Positions 6,624 through 15,185 of a stretch of DNA of 27,375 nt are shown here, one piece after another. The stretch comes from a virus (Duplodnaviria; Caudoviricetes): the IMG/VR virus record IMGVR_UViG_3300044252_000039, positions 1-27,375 of that record; one strand, 5' to 3'. The translations under genes were made by a program, and so were the position numbers. Each line of letters opens with the position of its first letter. Position 1 is the stretch's first letter. A model generated the notes under the pieces. The model ran no database searches. It had not been told where the DNA came from and saw only the letters and a program-made list of their open reading frames with translations.

Positions 6624-7040
6624 ATGAGCTTTGAATCGGATCTGACTGAACTTGTCAGCGGCGTTCGCAACAAGATGAACAAGCATGAAGTTTCGAGAAT
6701 TCTGGCCGGCACCGCCGAGATCGTCGAGAAGGACGAGGGCTGGATTTTCGATGAGACGAATGTGCAGCCGGCGACGCCGGTGCTGTCGTCGATCAACCCC
6801 GACACTGCCGAGCTAGACTCCGCCGACGTCACCATGACTTGCATCGGCGAAGGCTTCACCCCCGCCTCGGTCATCGTCTTCGCCGGTCAGCAGGAGCCGA
6901 TCGTCTTCGTCTCCGATACGGAGATTTCGACGGTCGTGAAACCTTCGCTTGGGTGGGGCGCTGTAGCAGTGGACGTGTCGGTCAAGAACGGAACCATGGA
7001 AAGCGACACGTTGGAATTCACCTTCACTGAACCCCTTTAG
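6624..7040 (+). CDS. IPT/TIG (Ig-like) domain protein, probable virion decoration protein, 138 aa
   Basis: Strong SD GAGGAGGA just before the ATG at 6624. PVLSSINP...VTMTCIGEGFT...VFVSDTEI...VSVKNG...S...FTF follows the IPT/TIG pattern. Confidence 0.7.
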   Translation: MSFESDLTELVSGVRNKMNKHEVSRILAGTAEIVEKDEGWIFDETNVQPATPVLSSINPDTAELDSADVTMTCIGEGFTPASVIVFAGQQEPIVFVSDTEISTVVKPSLGWGAVAVDVSVKNGTMESDTLEFTFTEPL

Positions 7041-7049
7041 GAGAGTGAC

Positions 7050-7577
7050 ATGGCTAAAGATTTCAACATCGCTTTGAACGAACTGGTTGACGGCTACCGC
7101 GACACCGACGAGTCGGGCTTTCGCTACGCCATCGTCAGCGAGCTTCGCACGCTCGCCGACTTCCTCAACAAGAGCGATCCCTGGCCGGCCGAGATCAAGG
7201 CCACCGAGGAGGCGATCAAGCGCGGCGACGCCGGCATTTCCGAGCCGACCGAGGCCGAGCAGAAGCGCGCCGCCGCCAACGAGGAAGCGGCTGAGCTAGC
7301 GCGCAAGCGTGGCATAGAAGACGACTACACCTCGAACGCCGCCCCCGACGTCCCTGACGACGCCAAGGAGGCCCGCATGGAACGCCTGCTCAAGCAGGAG
7401 CGCGGCGTCGACGATCCCGACCCGGTGCCGGGCCGGCCGATCCCGGTCACTGTCGATCGGCCGAAAGACCCCGACGACAAGACCAAGCCTGACAAGGAAA
7501 CTGCGGCCAAGCTGGCTGAGGATCAGAAGGCCGCCGACAAGCGCGCCGCCGATCAGAAGGCCGCCAAAAAGCGGTGA
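7050..7577 (+). CDS. Highly charged hypothetical protein, 175 aa, immediately upstream of terminase
   Basis: SD (ggag) before ATG, phage-like codon use, stop overlaps the terminase GTG. N-terminus resembles that of the preceding Ig-like gene. No HTH recognised. Confidence 0.7.
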   Translation: MAKDFNIALNELVDGYRDTDESGFRYAIVSELRTLADFLNKSDPWPAEIKATEEAIKRGDAGISEPTEAEQKRAAANEEAAELARKRGIEDDYTSNAAPDVPDDAKEARMERLLKQERGVDDPDPVPGRPIPVTVDRPKDPDDKTKPDKETAAKLAEDQKAADKRAADQKAAKKR

Positions 7578-9145
7578 GGCTACGGCGAACACCAGACGAA
7601 GCCCGCTACCTGGCGCTGCTGAAGCGCCAGGCTGCGGCACAAGGCGCGCGCAGCGACCTGATCGAATTCGCCAAGTTCATGAAGCCCGACCCCGACCACC
7701 CGGACGATCTCGGGCGGTCGCTCTACCACGTCGCCAGGCACCACCAGGCGATCGCCGCCGCACTGGAGCAGGTCGAGTCCGGCAAGATACGCCGGCTGAT
7801 CATCAACGTGCCGCCGCGCCATGGTAAATCGGAACTGTCGTCGCGGCTGTTCCCGGCCTGGTTCCTCGGCCGCCACCCCGAGCAGTCGCTGATCCTCGCC
7901 ACCTACGCCGACAAGCTCAGCTGGGACTTCGGCCGCGAGGTCAAGGACTACCTGGAGGACAGCGTCTACGCCCAGGTGTTCCCGAAGATGTCCATCAAGA
8001 CCGCCAGCGTCGACCGCATCGAAACCGACAAGGGCGGCAAGGCCTTCTTCGTCGGTCGCGGCAGCGCCATCACCGGTCGCGGCGCGGTCGGGCTGCTGAT
8101 CGACGATCCGATCAAGGATCGCGTCGAGGCCGACAGCGCCATCACCCGCGAGAAACTGTGGAACTGGTTCAACCAGGTCGCCCGCACCCGGCTGCTGTCG
8201 AGCATCGGCTGGATCGTCATCATCCAGACGCGCTGGTCCGAGGACGACCTGGTCGGCCGGCTGACCGATCCGATGAACCCGTCCTACTCGGCGATCGAAG
8301 GGCCGAAGTGGAAGATAATCGACCTGCCGGCGATCGCCGGCGAGAAGGACAGGCTCGGCCGCAAAGAGGGCGAGGCGCTGTGGCCGGAACGCTTCCCGGT
8401 CGAGTACCTGGAGGAGATGCGCGCCGTCGATCCCCGAGGCTTCCAGGCGCTCTACCAGGGGTCGCCGACGCCCGACAAGGGCAACTTCTTCCCGGTCGAG
8501 AAGATCCTCACCTACGGGCGCGGCGACGCGCCCGACCACAAGAAGCTGCGCTTCTACGCGGCATCGGACCACGCCGTGTCGACGCGCCAGGAGCGCGACA
8601 AGACCTGCCTGCTGATGATCGGCCTGGACGAGGAGGAGAACATCTGGGTGATGCCCGACATGGTCTGGGGCCGCTTCCCGACCGACCAGATCGTCGAGCG
8701 CATGATCGACATGATGGACCAGTACCGGCCGCTGCACTGGTGGGCCGAGCGCGGTCACATCACCCGGTCGATCGGTCCGTTCCTGCGCAAGCGGATGCTG
8801 GAGCGCGGCGTGCATTGTTCGATCTACGAGATGGTGCCGATCGCCGACAAGATGTCCCGCGCCCAGTCGATCCTGGGGCGGATCGCGATGGGAAAAGTCT
8901 TCTGGCCGTCGTTCGCGCCGTGGTGGGCGGTGGGCCAGAAGGAGTTGCTACAGTTCCCGTATGGGGCCAGGGATGACTTAGTCGACGCAATCAGTTACAT
9001 AGGGCTGGGATTGTCCCAGCAGCAGCCGCTCAGACGCAGGACAACCGCTCCCAAGGTTGTCGTCACCGGCACATTAGGCTGGGTCAAGGAGCAAGCTCTC
9101 CAACAAGAACGTCAACGACGTCTCTCCCGTAATGGGGGTTGGTAG
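7574..9145 (+). CDS. terL: Terminase large subunit
   Basis: Walker A NVPPRHGKS, Walker B LLIDDP, motif III IQTRW, ALYQGSP linker, RNase H-like nuclease acidic residues (ASDHA, DDLVDA). Confidence 0.95.
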   Translation: MRLRRTPDEARYLALLKRQAAAQGARSDLIEFAKFMKPDPDHPDDLGRSLYHVARHHQAIAAALEQVESGKIRRLIINVPPRHGKSELSSRLFPAWFLGRHPEQSLILATYADKLSWDFGREVKDYLEDSVYAQVFPKMSIKTASVDRIETDKGGKAFFVGRGSAITGRGAVGLLIDDPIKDRVEADSAITREKLWNWFNQVARTRLLSSIGWIVIIQTRWSEDDLVGRLTDPMNPSYSAIEGPKWKIIDLPAIAGEKDRLGRKEGEALWPERFPVEYLEEMRAVDPRGFQALYQGSPTPDKGNFFPVEKILTYGRGDAPDHKKLRFYAASDHAVSTRQERDKTCLLMIGLDEEENIWVMPDMVWGRFPTDQIVERMIDMMDQYRPLHWWAERGHITRSIGPFLRKRMLERGVHCSIYEMVPIADKMSRAQSILGRIAMGKVFWPSFAPWWAVGQKELLQFPYGARDDLVDAISYIGLGLSQQQPLRRRTTAPKVVVTGTLGWVKEQALQQERQRRLSRNGGW

Positions 9146-9160
9146 GGGTTTAGCAGTTAA

Positions 9161-11608
9161 ATGGCCTTGCCGCCGATTGGACCGACCGCGACCGGTTCGC
9201 CACTCTTAGACGCGATTGGGCAAGCAATACCTCAGATGGCCGGCGGTGGAATGACGCCCCCCGGCGGAGGCCTGGCGTCGTCCCTGCCCACGCCGACCGG
9301 TCCCGGCGACGAATTCACTGTCACCACACCGCCTGGCGAAGACGTCATGCCGCGCTCCCGGCCCGAGCCGGACGAGCGCCGCAAGCACCTGGTCGGTGCG
9401 CTGGTCGACATGGTCAAGCAGGCCAAGTCGCACTGGTCCAAGACCTTCAGGAAGATGGAGGACGACCAGCGGTTCTGCGCCGGCCACCAATGGCCGGAAG
9501 ACCCCAAGAAGGCCGCCTTCAACGACACCTATGACGAAGACCTGTACGTCGCCAACATAACCTTGCAGCACGTCCAGAAGCGCGTCGCCGCGCTCTACGC
9601 CAAGAACCCCCGCGCCATCGCCAAGAAGCGCCAGCGGCTGCTGGCGACCGTCTGGGACGGCTCGCTGGAATCGCTGTCGCAGGCGGAAGCGACAATCCAG
9701 CAGGCGCAAGCTTCACTGATGGGCATGCCTGCGGGCGTGCCCGGCATGGCTGCTGGCGGCGCGAACGGCCCCCTGCCCGCTGCCGGCGGGCCTCCCGGCG
9801 TCTCTCCAACAGCGCCGGGAGCGCCGCCCGGCATGCCGCCGATGATGGCCCCGCCGCCACCGATGCCCGCCCCGGAAGAGATGATGAACGCGCAGGCCGT
9901 GATGGCCGACGCGCAGGCGGTCAAGCAGCAGATGCAGATGCTGAACAAGATCGGTAAGACGCTGGAAATCCTCTACGACTACGAAGTCTCCGAGCAGCAC
10001 CCGTCGTTCAAGTCGGCGATGAAGATGACGGTTCGCCGCGCCGCCACGTCAGGCGTCGGCTGGACCCGGCTCGGGTTCCAGCGGCTGATGGGACAGTCGC
10101 CCGATCGCGACACCCGGCTCGCCGACATGCAGCAGCAGATGGACCTGGTCGAGCGCATCTCGGCCGACATCGCCGATGGCGAGACTGACACCGACAGCGC
10201 CTCGGCCGAGCAGCTGCGGCTGGCCATGGAGGCGATTCAGAACGAGACGGACATCGTGCTGCGCGAGGGGCTGCAATTTTCCTGGCCAAAGTCTACCGCG
10301 ATCATCCCCGACCCGCGCATCGTCCAGCTGCGCGACTTCCTCGGTGCCGACTGGGTGGCGGAGGAATACATCCTCACCGTCAACGAGATCAAAGAAACCT
10401 ACCAGGTCGATGTCGGCTCGCACCACACCAACTACACCCGCACCGACACCGGCACCGACTACGAGCGCGCCCGCGCCTCCTGGAGCACCAGCGCCGGAGC
10501 CAGCACCGAAGACCCGCATGTCGATGAGGGCGACTCAGACAACTGCGTGGTCTGGGAATTCTTCAACAAGCGCGACGGCCTGGTTTACACGATGTGTGAC
10601 GGCTACCCGGACTTCCTGCGCGAGCCGGGGCCGCCCGACGTCTTCACGGAGCGATTTTTTCCCTGGTTTCTGACGGCCTTCAACGAGATCGACGGCCAGG
10701 TCTACCCGCCCTCGGACGTGGCGCTGATCCGGCCGATGCAGCGCGAACTCAACCGCGCCCGCCAGGGCCTGCGCGAGCATCGCTTCGCCAACCGCCCGAA
10801 GATGGCCTACGCCGAGGGCGTACTGTCCGAGGACGACGTCGACGTGCTCAGGATGCACCCGGTCAACGCGCTGATCGCGATCGCCGGCCTGCAACCCGGC
10901 CAGGACATCAACCAGGTGCTCCAGGCGATCAAGGGCGTGCCGGTCGACCCGAACCTCTACGAGGTCAACCCGGTGTTCCAGGACTTGCTGCGCGCCGTTG
11001 GCGACCAGGAGGCCGATCTCGGCGGCACTGGCGGCGCGACCGCGACCGAGAGCAACATCGCCGCGTCGGCTAAGGGCAGCGCGCTGTCGTCGGCGATCGA
11101 CGACATCGACGACACGCTCACCGGCATCGCCCGCACCGCCGGCCAGATCCTGCTGCTCAACATGAGCGAGGAGATGGTCAAGCAAGTCGTCGGCCCCGGC
11201 GCGATGTGGCCGACGCTGACCAAGGCCGAGGTGTCCAGGGAACTCTATCTGGAGGTCGAAGCCGGCTCGTCCGGCCGGCCGAACCAGGCGCAGCAACTCC
11301 AGAACTTCGAGCGCCTCGCGCCGATCCTGATGCAGTTGCCGGGGGTGAAACCCCAGTTCCTGGCCAAGGAAGCCATCCGCCGCATGGACGACAAGCTCGA
11401 CGTCGACGAGGCCGTCGCCGAAGGGCTACCCAGCATCACTTCCATGAATGGCGGCAAGATGCCCGGCCAGGCCGGCCAGGGCGACCCGAACGCGCAGGGA
11501 CCGCAAGGCGCGAACAACAATCCGGCGGCCCCCGCGCCGCGTCCTGACAGCCCGACCCCGCCGGTGGCACCGTCCGCCACCGCTGGCATGGCCGGCAACT
11601 TTAACTGA
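9161..11608 (+). CDS. Portal (head-tail connector) protein, 815 aa
   Basis: Follows terL and precedes scaffold/capsid; size fits. Motifs ALYAKNPR, GVGWTRLGF, LIRPMQRELNR, ATATE and LEVEAGSSGRPN are typical of podoviral portals. Confidence 0.85.
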   Translation: MALPPIGPTATGSPLLDAIGQAIPQMAGGGMTPPGGGLASSLPTPTGPGDEFTVTTPPGEDVMPRSRPEPDERRKHLVGALVDMVKQAKSHWSKTFRKMEDDQRFCAGHQWPEDPKKAAFNDTYDEDLYVANITLQHVQKRVAALYAKNPRAIAKKRQRLLATVWDGSLESLSQAEATIQQAQASLMGMPAGVPGMAAGGANGPLPAAGGPPGVSPTAPGAPPGMPPMMAPPPPMPAPEEMMNAQAVMADAQAVKQQMQMLNKIGKTLEILYDYEVSEQHPSFKSAMKMTVRRAATSGVGWTRLGFQRLMGQSPDRDTRLADMQQQMDLVERISADIADGETDTDSASAEQLRLAMEAIQNETDIVLREGLQFSWPKSTAIIPDPRIVQLRDFLGADWVAEEYILTVNEIKETYQVDVGSHHTNYTRTDTGTDYERARASWSTSAGASTEDPHVDEGDSDNCVVWEFFNKRDGLVYTMCDGYPDFLREPGPPDVFTERFFPWFLTAFNEIDGQVYPPSDVALIRPMQRELNRARQGLREHRFANRPKMAYAEGVLSEDDVDVLRMHPVNALIAIAGLQPGQDINQVLQAIKGVPVDPNLYEVNPVFQDLLRAVGDQEADLGGTGGATATESNIAASAKGSALSSAIDDIDDTLTGIARTAGQILLLNMSEEMVKQVVGPGAMWPTLTKAEVSRELYLEVEAGSSGRPNQAQQLQNFERLAPILMQLPGVKPQFLAKEAIRRMDDKLDVDEAVAEGLPSITSMNGGKMPGQAGQGDPNAQGPQGANNNPAAPAPRPDSPTPPVAPSATAGMAGNFN

Positions 11609-11616
11609 GGAACGTC

Positions 11617-12705
11617 ATGTCCGCTGAAGACGCCGCAGAAGCCGCATCGCCCTCAACCGAATCCACTGTTTCGGAAACCTCGTCGACGCCCGCCCCGCAG
11701 CCGGCCTCCGAGCCTTCCGCACCACCTTCGCAGCCGGTGACGCCGGCAGCGGAACCCGGCAAGCCTGCCAAGGAGACAATGCTAGATGCCGTCCTCAAGG
11801 TCATCCCAGCTGATACCACGACGGACGCCCTAGCGGAGGCCAAGGCGGCCCCGGACCCCAACGCACCCGACGACGGGGCGACGGAAACTGACCAAGACGA
11901 GGATGACGAAGCGGAGCCAGCGCCAGACGCATCGACTCCGATGATCCGCAAGAAGATCCAGAAGCTGCTTAAAAAGTATCATGCGCAGAAGAAGGATTTC
12001 CACGCCGCCACCCAGGAGCTTGAGGCCATACGGCCGCAGGCTCACATCGGGAGCCAGATGGAAACCTTCGCCAAGGAGAACGACCTCTCCGGGGAAGATG
12101 TCGCCAAGCTCATGCAGATTGGCGCTTACGCCCGCAAGGGAGACTACAAGGCCTTCTACGAGGCTGTGGCTCCCATCGTCAGGAAGGCCCAGGAGTACCT
12201 GGGGCTGGCCCTGCCGAAAGAAGCGCGTGACCTGGTCGCCAAAGGCCAGATGACCGAAGCGGTTGCACGCGAGCTCGTGCGCACGCAGATGGACAAGCAG
12301 CGGACCGAGATCACATTGCAGGCCGAGCAGCACATCGCTGCCCAGCGCAACTTGCAGAACACGCAGGATTACGTCCAGCGCACCGTCAGCGCACTCGAAC
12401 AGCAGTTCGCCGCCAAAGACCCCGACTACAAGGTGAAAGCAGCCTCCGTTCACGACATGGTCAAGTCCATGCTGTTCGACCGGGGTGGCACGATCAACAA
12501 TGTCGAGGAAGCCCTGGACCTGACCAGGAAGGCCTACGACAGGGTCAACACCACCTTTCGCCAGCAGCGCGGACAGCCCTTGCCAACATCAAGGCAACCG
12601 AACGGAAATGGTCAGACACGGTCGGCCCGTCCCGAACCTTCGACGCCGTATGAAGCGGCGCTACAGGGGCTAGAAAGAGCCAGAAACGGAGCCGGCCTTC
12701 CCTAG
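11617..12705 (+). CDS. Probable capsid scaffolding protein, 362 aa
   Basis: Between portal and capsid; acidic Pro/Ala-rich N-terminus followed by helical coiled-coil-like segments. Confidence 0.7.
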   Translation: MSAEDAAEAASPSTESTVSETSSTPAPQPASEPSAPPSQPVTPAAEPGKPAKETMLDAVLKVIPADTTTDALAEAKAAPDPNAPDDGATETDQDEDDEAEPAPDASTPMIRKKIQKLLKKYHAQKKDFHAATQELEAIRPQAHIGSQMETFAKENDLSGEDVAKLMQIGAYARKGDYKAFYEAVAPIVRKAQEYLGLALPKEARDLVAKGQMTEAVARELVRTQMDKQRTEITLQAEQHIAAQRNLQNTQDYVQRTVSALEQQFAAKDPDYKVKAASVHDMVKSMLFDRGGTINNVEEALDLTRKAYDRVNTTFRQQRGQPLPTSRQPNGNGQTRSARPEPSTPYEAALQGLERARNGAGLP

Positions 12706-12719
12706 AAAGGGTTTAGGCA

Positions 12720-13835
12720 ATGGCATTCACCGCCGGCGAAGTCACGAACATCGCCAACGCTCAACTCGACTACTATCTCGACAAGGGTGACGTCTGGAGG
12801 CAGACCCTTCAGAAGCGCCCCGCGATGGACAAGTTTGTCTCCCGGAAGAAGTACTTCTCGGGCGGCAAGGGTGACATCTCGGTCGCCGTCTCCGGCGCTT
12901 ATGGCAACGGTGGCGTCAACGACACGCTGAAGGGCTACACCCACAATGACGCGGTCGTCTTCTACACGCCCGCAAACCTGAAGCGCGCCAACTTCCCGTG
13001 GCGCGAGCACCACATCGGTTTGGAGTTGACCCACACCGAACTGAAGATCGACGGCATCTCGGTCGTCGACCCCGGTTCGAATGGTGAGCGCACGACCGAG
13101 CATTCGAAGCGCGAGCTTCACACCCTGGTCAACCTGCTCGAAGACAAGCTCTTCGATCTCGGTGAGCAGTACGCCCGCAAGTTCAACGCGCTGCTCTACG
13201 GGGACGGTGTCGCCGACCCGAAGGCGCTCGCCGGACTGAAACTGCTGGTCGCCGACGACCCCTCGGTCGGCGTCGTCGGCGGCATCAACCGGGCCACCGC
13301 TGGCTTCGAGTGGTGGCGCAACCGTGCTCGCACGGCGGCCTTCGGCACCAAGGTATCGGGTACGCCCGCGCTTGGCGCTCACGGCGGCGGCGCGGTCACC
13401 AGCAACGTCGCCGATGGCGGCGCGCTGCTGCAAATCTTGCAGTCCGAACTGCGGCTGCTCACCAAGTTCGGCGGCAAGCCCGACCTGTTCCTGGTGGGGT
13501 CCGACTTCCTCGGTGCGATGGAAAAGGAGATGCGCGCCAACGGCACGTACTCCATGACCGGCTTCACCAAGTCCCAGGACGGCGCGATGGGAGACATGTA
13601 TTTCTCCGGTACGCCGATCGTCTACGACCCGACGCTCGACGACATGGGTCTGTCGAAGCGCGGCTACTGGCTGGACACATCGAAAATAATGTTGATGTGC
13701 ATGGAAGACGAGTGGATGCACAAGCACACCCCCGCCCGTCCCTATAACCAGTTCCTGATGTACCGCTCGATCACCAGCACCTGCCAGCTTATCGGCAAGC
13801 AGTTCAATTCCTCGCTGGTCATCGACATCGTCTGA
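12720..13835 (+). CDS. Major capsid protein, 371 aa
   Basis: Follows the scaffold; size fits an HK97-fold capsid; motifs LLYGDG, VGGINRAT...WWRN and IVYDP; strongly biased codons; followed by a terminator-like hairpin. Confidence 0.85.
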   Translation: MAFTAGEVTNIANAQLDYYLDKGDVWRQTLQKRPAMDKFVSRKKYFSGGKGDISVAVSGAYGNGGVNDTLKGYTHNDAVVFYTPANLKRANFPWREHHIGLELTHTELKIDGISVVDPGSNGERTTEHSKRELHTLVNLLEDKLFDLGEQYARKFNALLYGDGVADPKALAGLKLLVADDPSVGVVGGINRATAGFEWWRNRARTAAFGTKVSGTPALGAHGGGAVTSNVADGGALLQILQSELRLLTKFGGKPDLFLVGSDFLGAMEKEMRANGTYSMTGFTKSQDGAMGDMYFSGTPIVYDPTLDDMGLSKRGYWLDTSKIMLMCMEDEWMHKHTPARPYNQFLMYRSITSTCQLIGKQFNSSLVIDIV

Positions 13836-13841
13836 CAACGC

Positions 13842-13873
13842 GAGGGGGGATACGAGTTTATCCCCCCTCCTTT
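13842..13873 (+). terminator. Intrinsic terminator-like hairpin after the capsid gene (probably leaky)
   Basis: Perfect 11-bp stem gaggggggata (13842-13852) / tatcccccctc (13859-13869), 6-nt loop, followed by only cttt. Confidence 0.75.
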
Positions 13874-13887
13874 CATGGGAGCAAACA

Positions 13888-14346
13888 ATGCATTTCTGCA
13901 AAGCCGACATCGCGCTTGGCGGCGGCACCGACAACATCTACCACGCCGGCTACTTCGCCCCGGTGTCCTGGCCGGAGGTGCTGCTGTTGCAGTTCCTGCA
14001 CGGCGACGACGCCGTCAACAACGTCGAGCCGTTCGCGCAGGTCGACCAGGCCCCCAAGGCCGAGCGCCGCCGGCTGCTCGACAAGTATGGCGAGAAGGCC
14101 ATCCTCGACGTCTTCGCCCGCCAGAACCCGGCGGAGATGGAAGCGCCGCGCGCCAGGCTGGCCAAGGGCCAACCCTGGCTGAACCCGCTCACGCTGCGCC
14201 AGGAGATCGTCGGCGAGAATTCAACTGAACCAGACGGTTCAGTTGTCGAGGAGGAGCCGATCGCCGAAGTGGTTGAGATCGCGCCCGCCGAAGAGCCGCT
14301 GGAGTATTACGACGCTCCGCCGGAGCCGACCCGCAGGAGACGCTAG
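13888..14346 (+). CDS. Hypothetical protein in the head/tail module, 152 aa
   Basis: SD ggag before ATG; phage-like codon bias; stop abuts the next ATG. Confidence 0.75.
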   Translation: MHFCKADIALGGGTDNIYHAGYFAPVSWPEVLLLQFLHGDDAVNNVEPFAQVDQAPKAERRRLLDKYGEKAILDVFARQNPAEMEAPRARLAKGQPWLNPLTLRQEIVGENSTEPDGSVVEEEPIAEVVEIAPAEEPLEYYDAPPEPTRRRR

Positions 14347-15039
14347 ATGGCGCGTACCCAGACCTTGCAGGAGATGGTGTCCAGCCTGCGTGCCGAGGCC
14401 GGTCACAGCACCTCGGTGGCGCAGGGGCTGAACAGCGAGCCGACGCTGAAGTACCTGCTGAAGCGGACACAGGAGGAACTGTGGACGGCTTTCGTCTGGC
14501 CTGAGCTGATCGTCCGCGACGACCGCCCGCTGGTCAACGGCACCTATCTCTACAGCTACGGCGTCGACCTGAAGTTCGACGCCATCCGCGAGGCCTGGGC
14601 GTCGTCGCCGTCGAGCGCCACCTGGTCGATGGTCGGCTACGGCATCGGCGAGGAGAAGCTGCTGCCCGGCGTCGGCGGGGCCAACTCGGCCAGCAGCAAT
14701 CCGGTGCAGCTGTGGGAATCGGCGGGCGTGCAGTTCCGCGTCTGGCCGACGCCGACCGGATCGGCCTGGCTGCGCTTCAAGGGCAACCGCGAGCTACAGC
14801 CGCTGGTGTCCAACAGCGATTCCTCGACGCTCGACGCGACCTGCATCATCCTGTTCGCGGCCAGCGAGATGCTCGCCCGATCGAAGGCGGAGGACGCCGC
14901 CAACAAGCTCCAGAAGGCGCAGCGCCATCTGACCAAGCTGCTCGGCAACCAGGTCAGTGCCAAGAACAAAGTCTCGACCTACGGCGCGCGCGGGCCGACA
15001 AGCTCGCAGCGCTCAACCATCATCGCTGGGTATCCATGA
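14347..15039 (+). CDS. Head-tail adaptor (tail tubular protein A-like), 230 aa
   Basis: Helical N-terminus (TLQEMVSSLRAEAG), WPEL and FRVWPTP motifs, helical C-terminus; located before the nozzle gene. Confidence 0.7.
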   Translation: MARTQTLQEMVSSLRAEAGHSTSVAQGLNSEPTLKYLLKRTQEELWTAFVWPELIVRDDRPLVNGTYLYSYGVDLKFDAIREAWASSPSSATWSMVGYGIGEEKLLPGVGGANSASSNPVQLWESAGVQFRVWPTPTGSAWLRFKGNRELQPLVSNSDSSTLDATCIILFAASEMLARSKAEDAANKLQKAQRHLTKLLGNQVSAKNKVSTYGARGPTSSQRSTIIAGYP

Positions 15040-15185
15040 TCAATCTGTGGCGGTCCTTGAACTGTTGGATGGGCTGGTGTCCTGGCGGGGTCGTAAGCGG
15101 CTGGCGCGACGGCAGGGTGTGCGTCGGCTGGCGCTGCCAGACGTGCGGCAAGGTCAAGCATTACGGGCCGGCCCATGGCATATGA
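15036..15185 (+). CDS. 49-aa Cys/Trp-rich, zinc-ribbon-like protein
   Basis: ATGA overlap with the adaptor stop. MINLWRSLNCWMGWCPGGVVSGWRDGRVCVGWRCQTCGKVKHYGPAHGI*. Fills the gap before the nozzle gene. Confidence 0.6.
   Translation: MINLWRSLNCWMGWCPGGVVSGWRDGRVCVGWRCQTCGKVKHYGPAHGI

Noticed and set aside
7050-7577. Terminase small subunit call based on position
   Set aside because: No HTH or TerS-like pattern recognised; the N-terminus instead resembles the preceding Ig-like protein.
7580-8815. Long antisense ORFs (also 936..2210, 12702..13937, 15367..16599, 23873..24568)
   Set aside because: They mirror well-supported + strand genes and are the shadow frames expected from strong GC3 bias; no recognisable motifs.
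13780-13890. Programmed frameshift or readthrough extending the capsid protein
   Set aside because: No slippery heptamer near the stop, and the next gene has its own SD and ATG.
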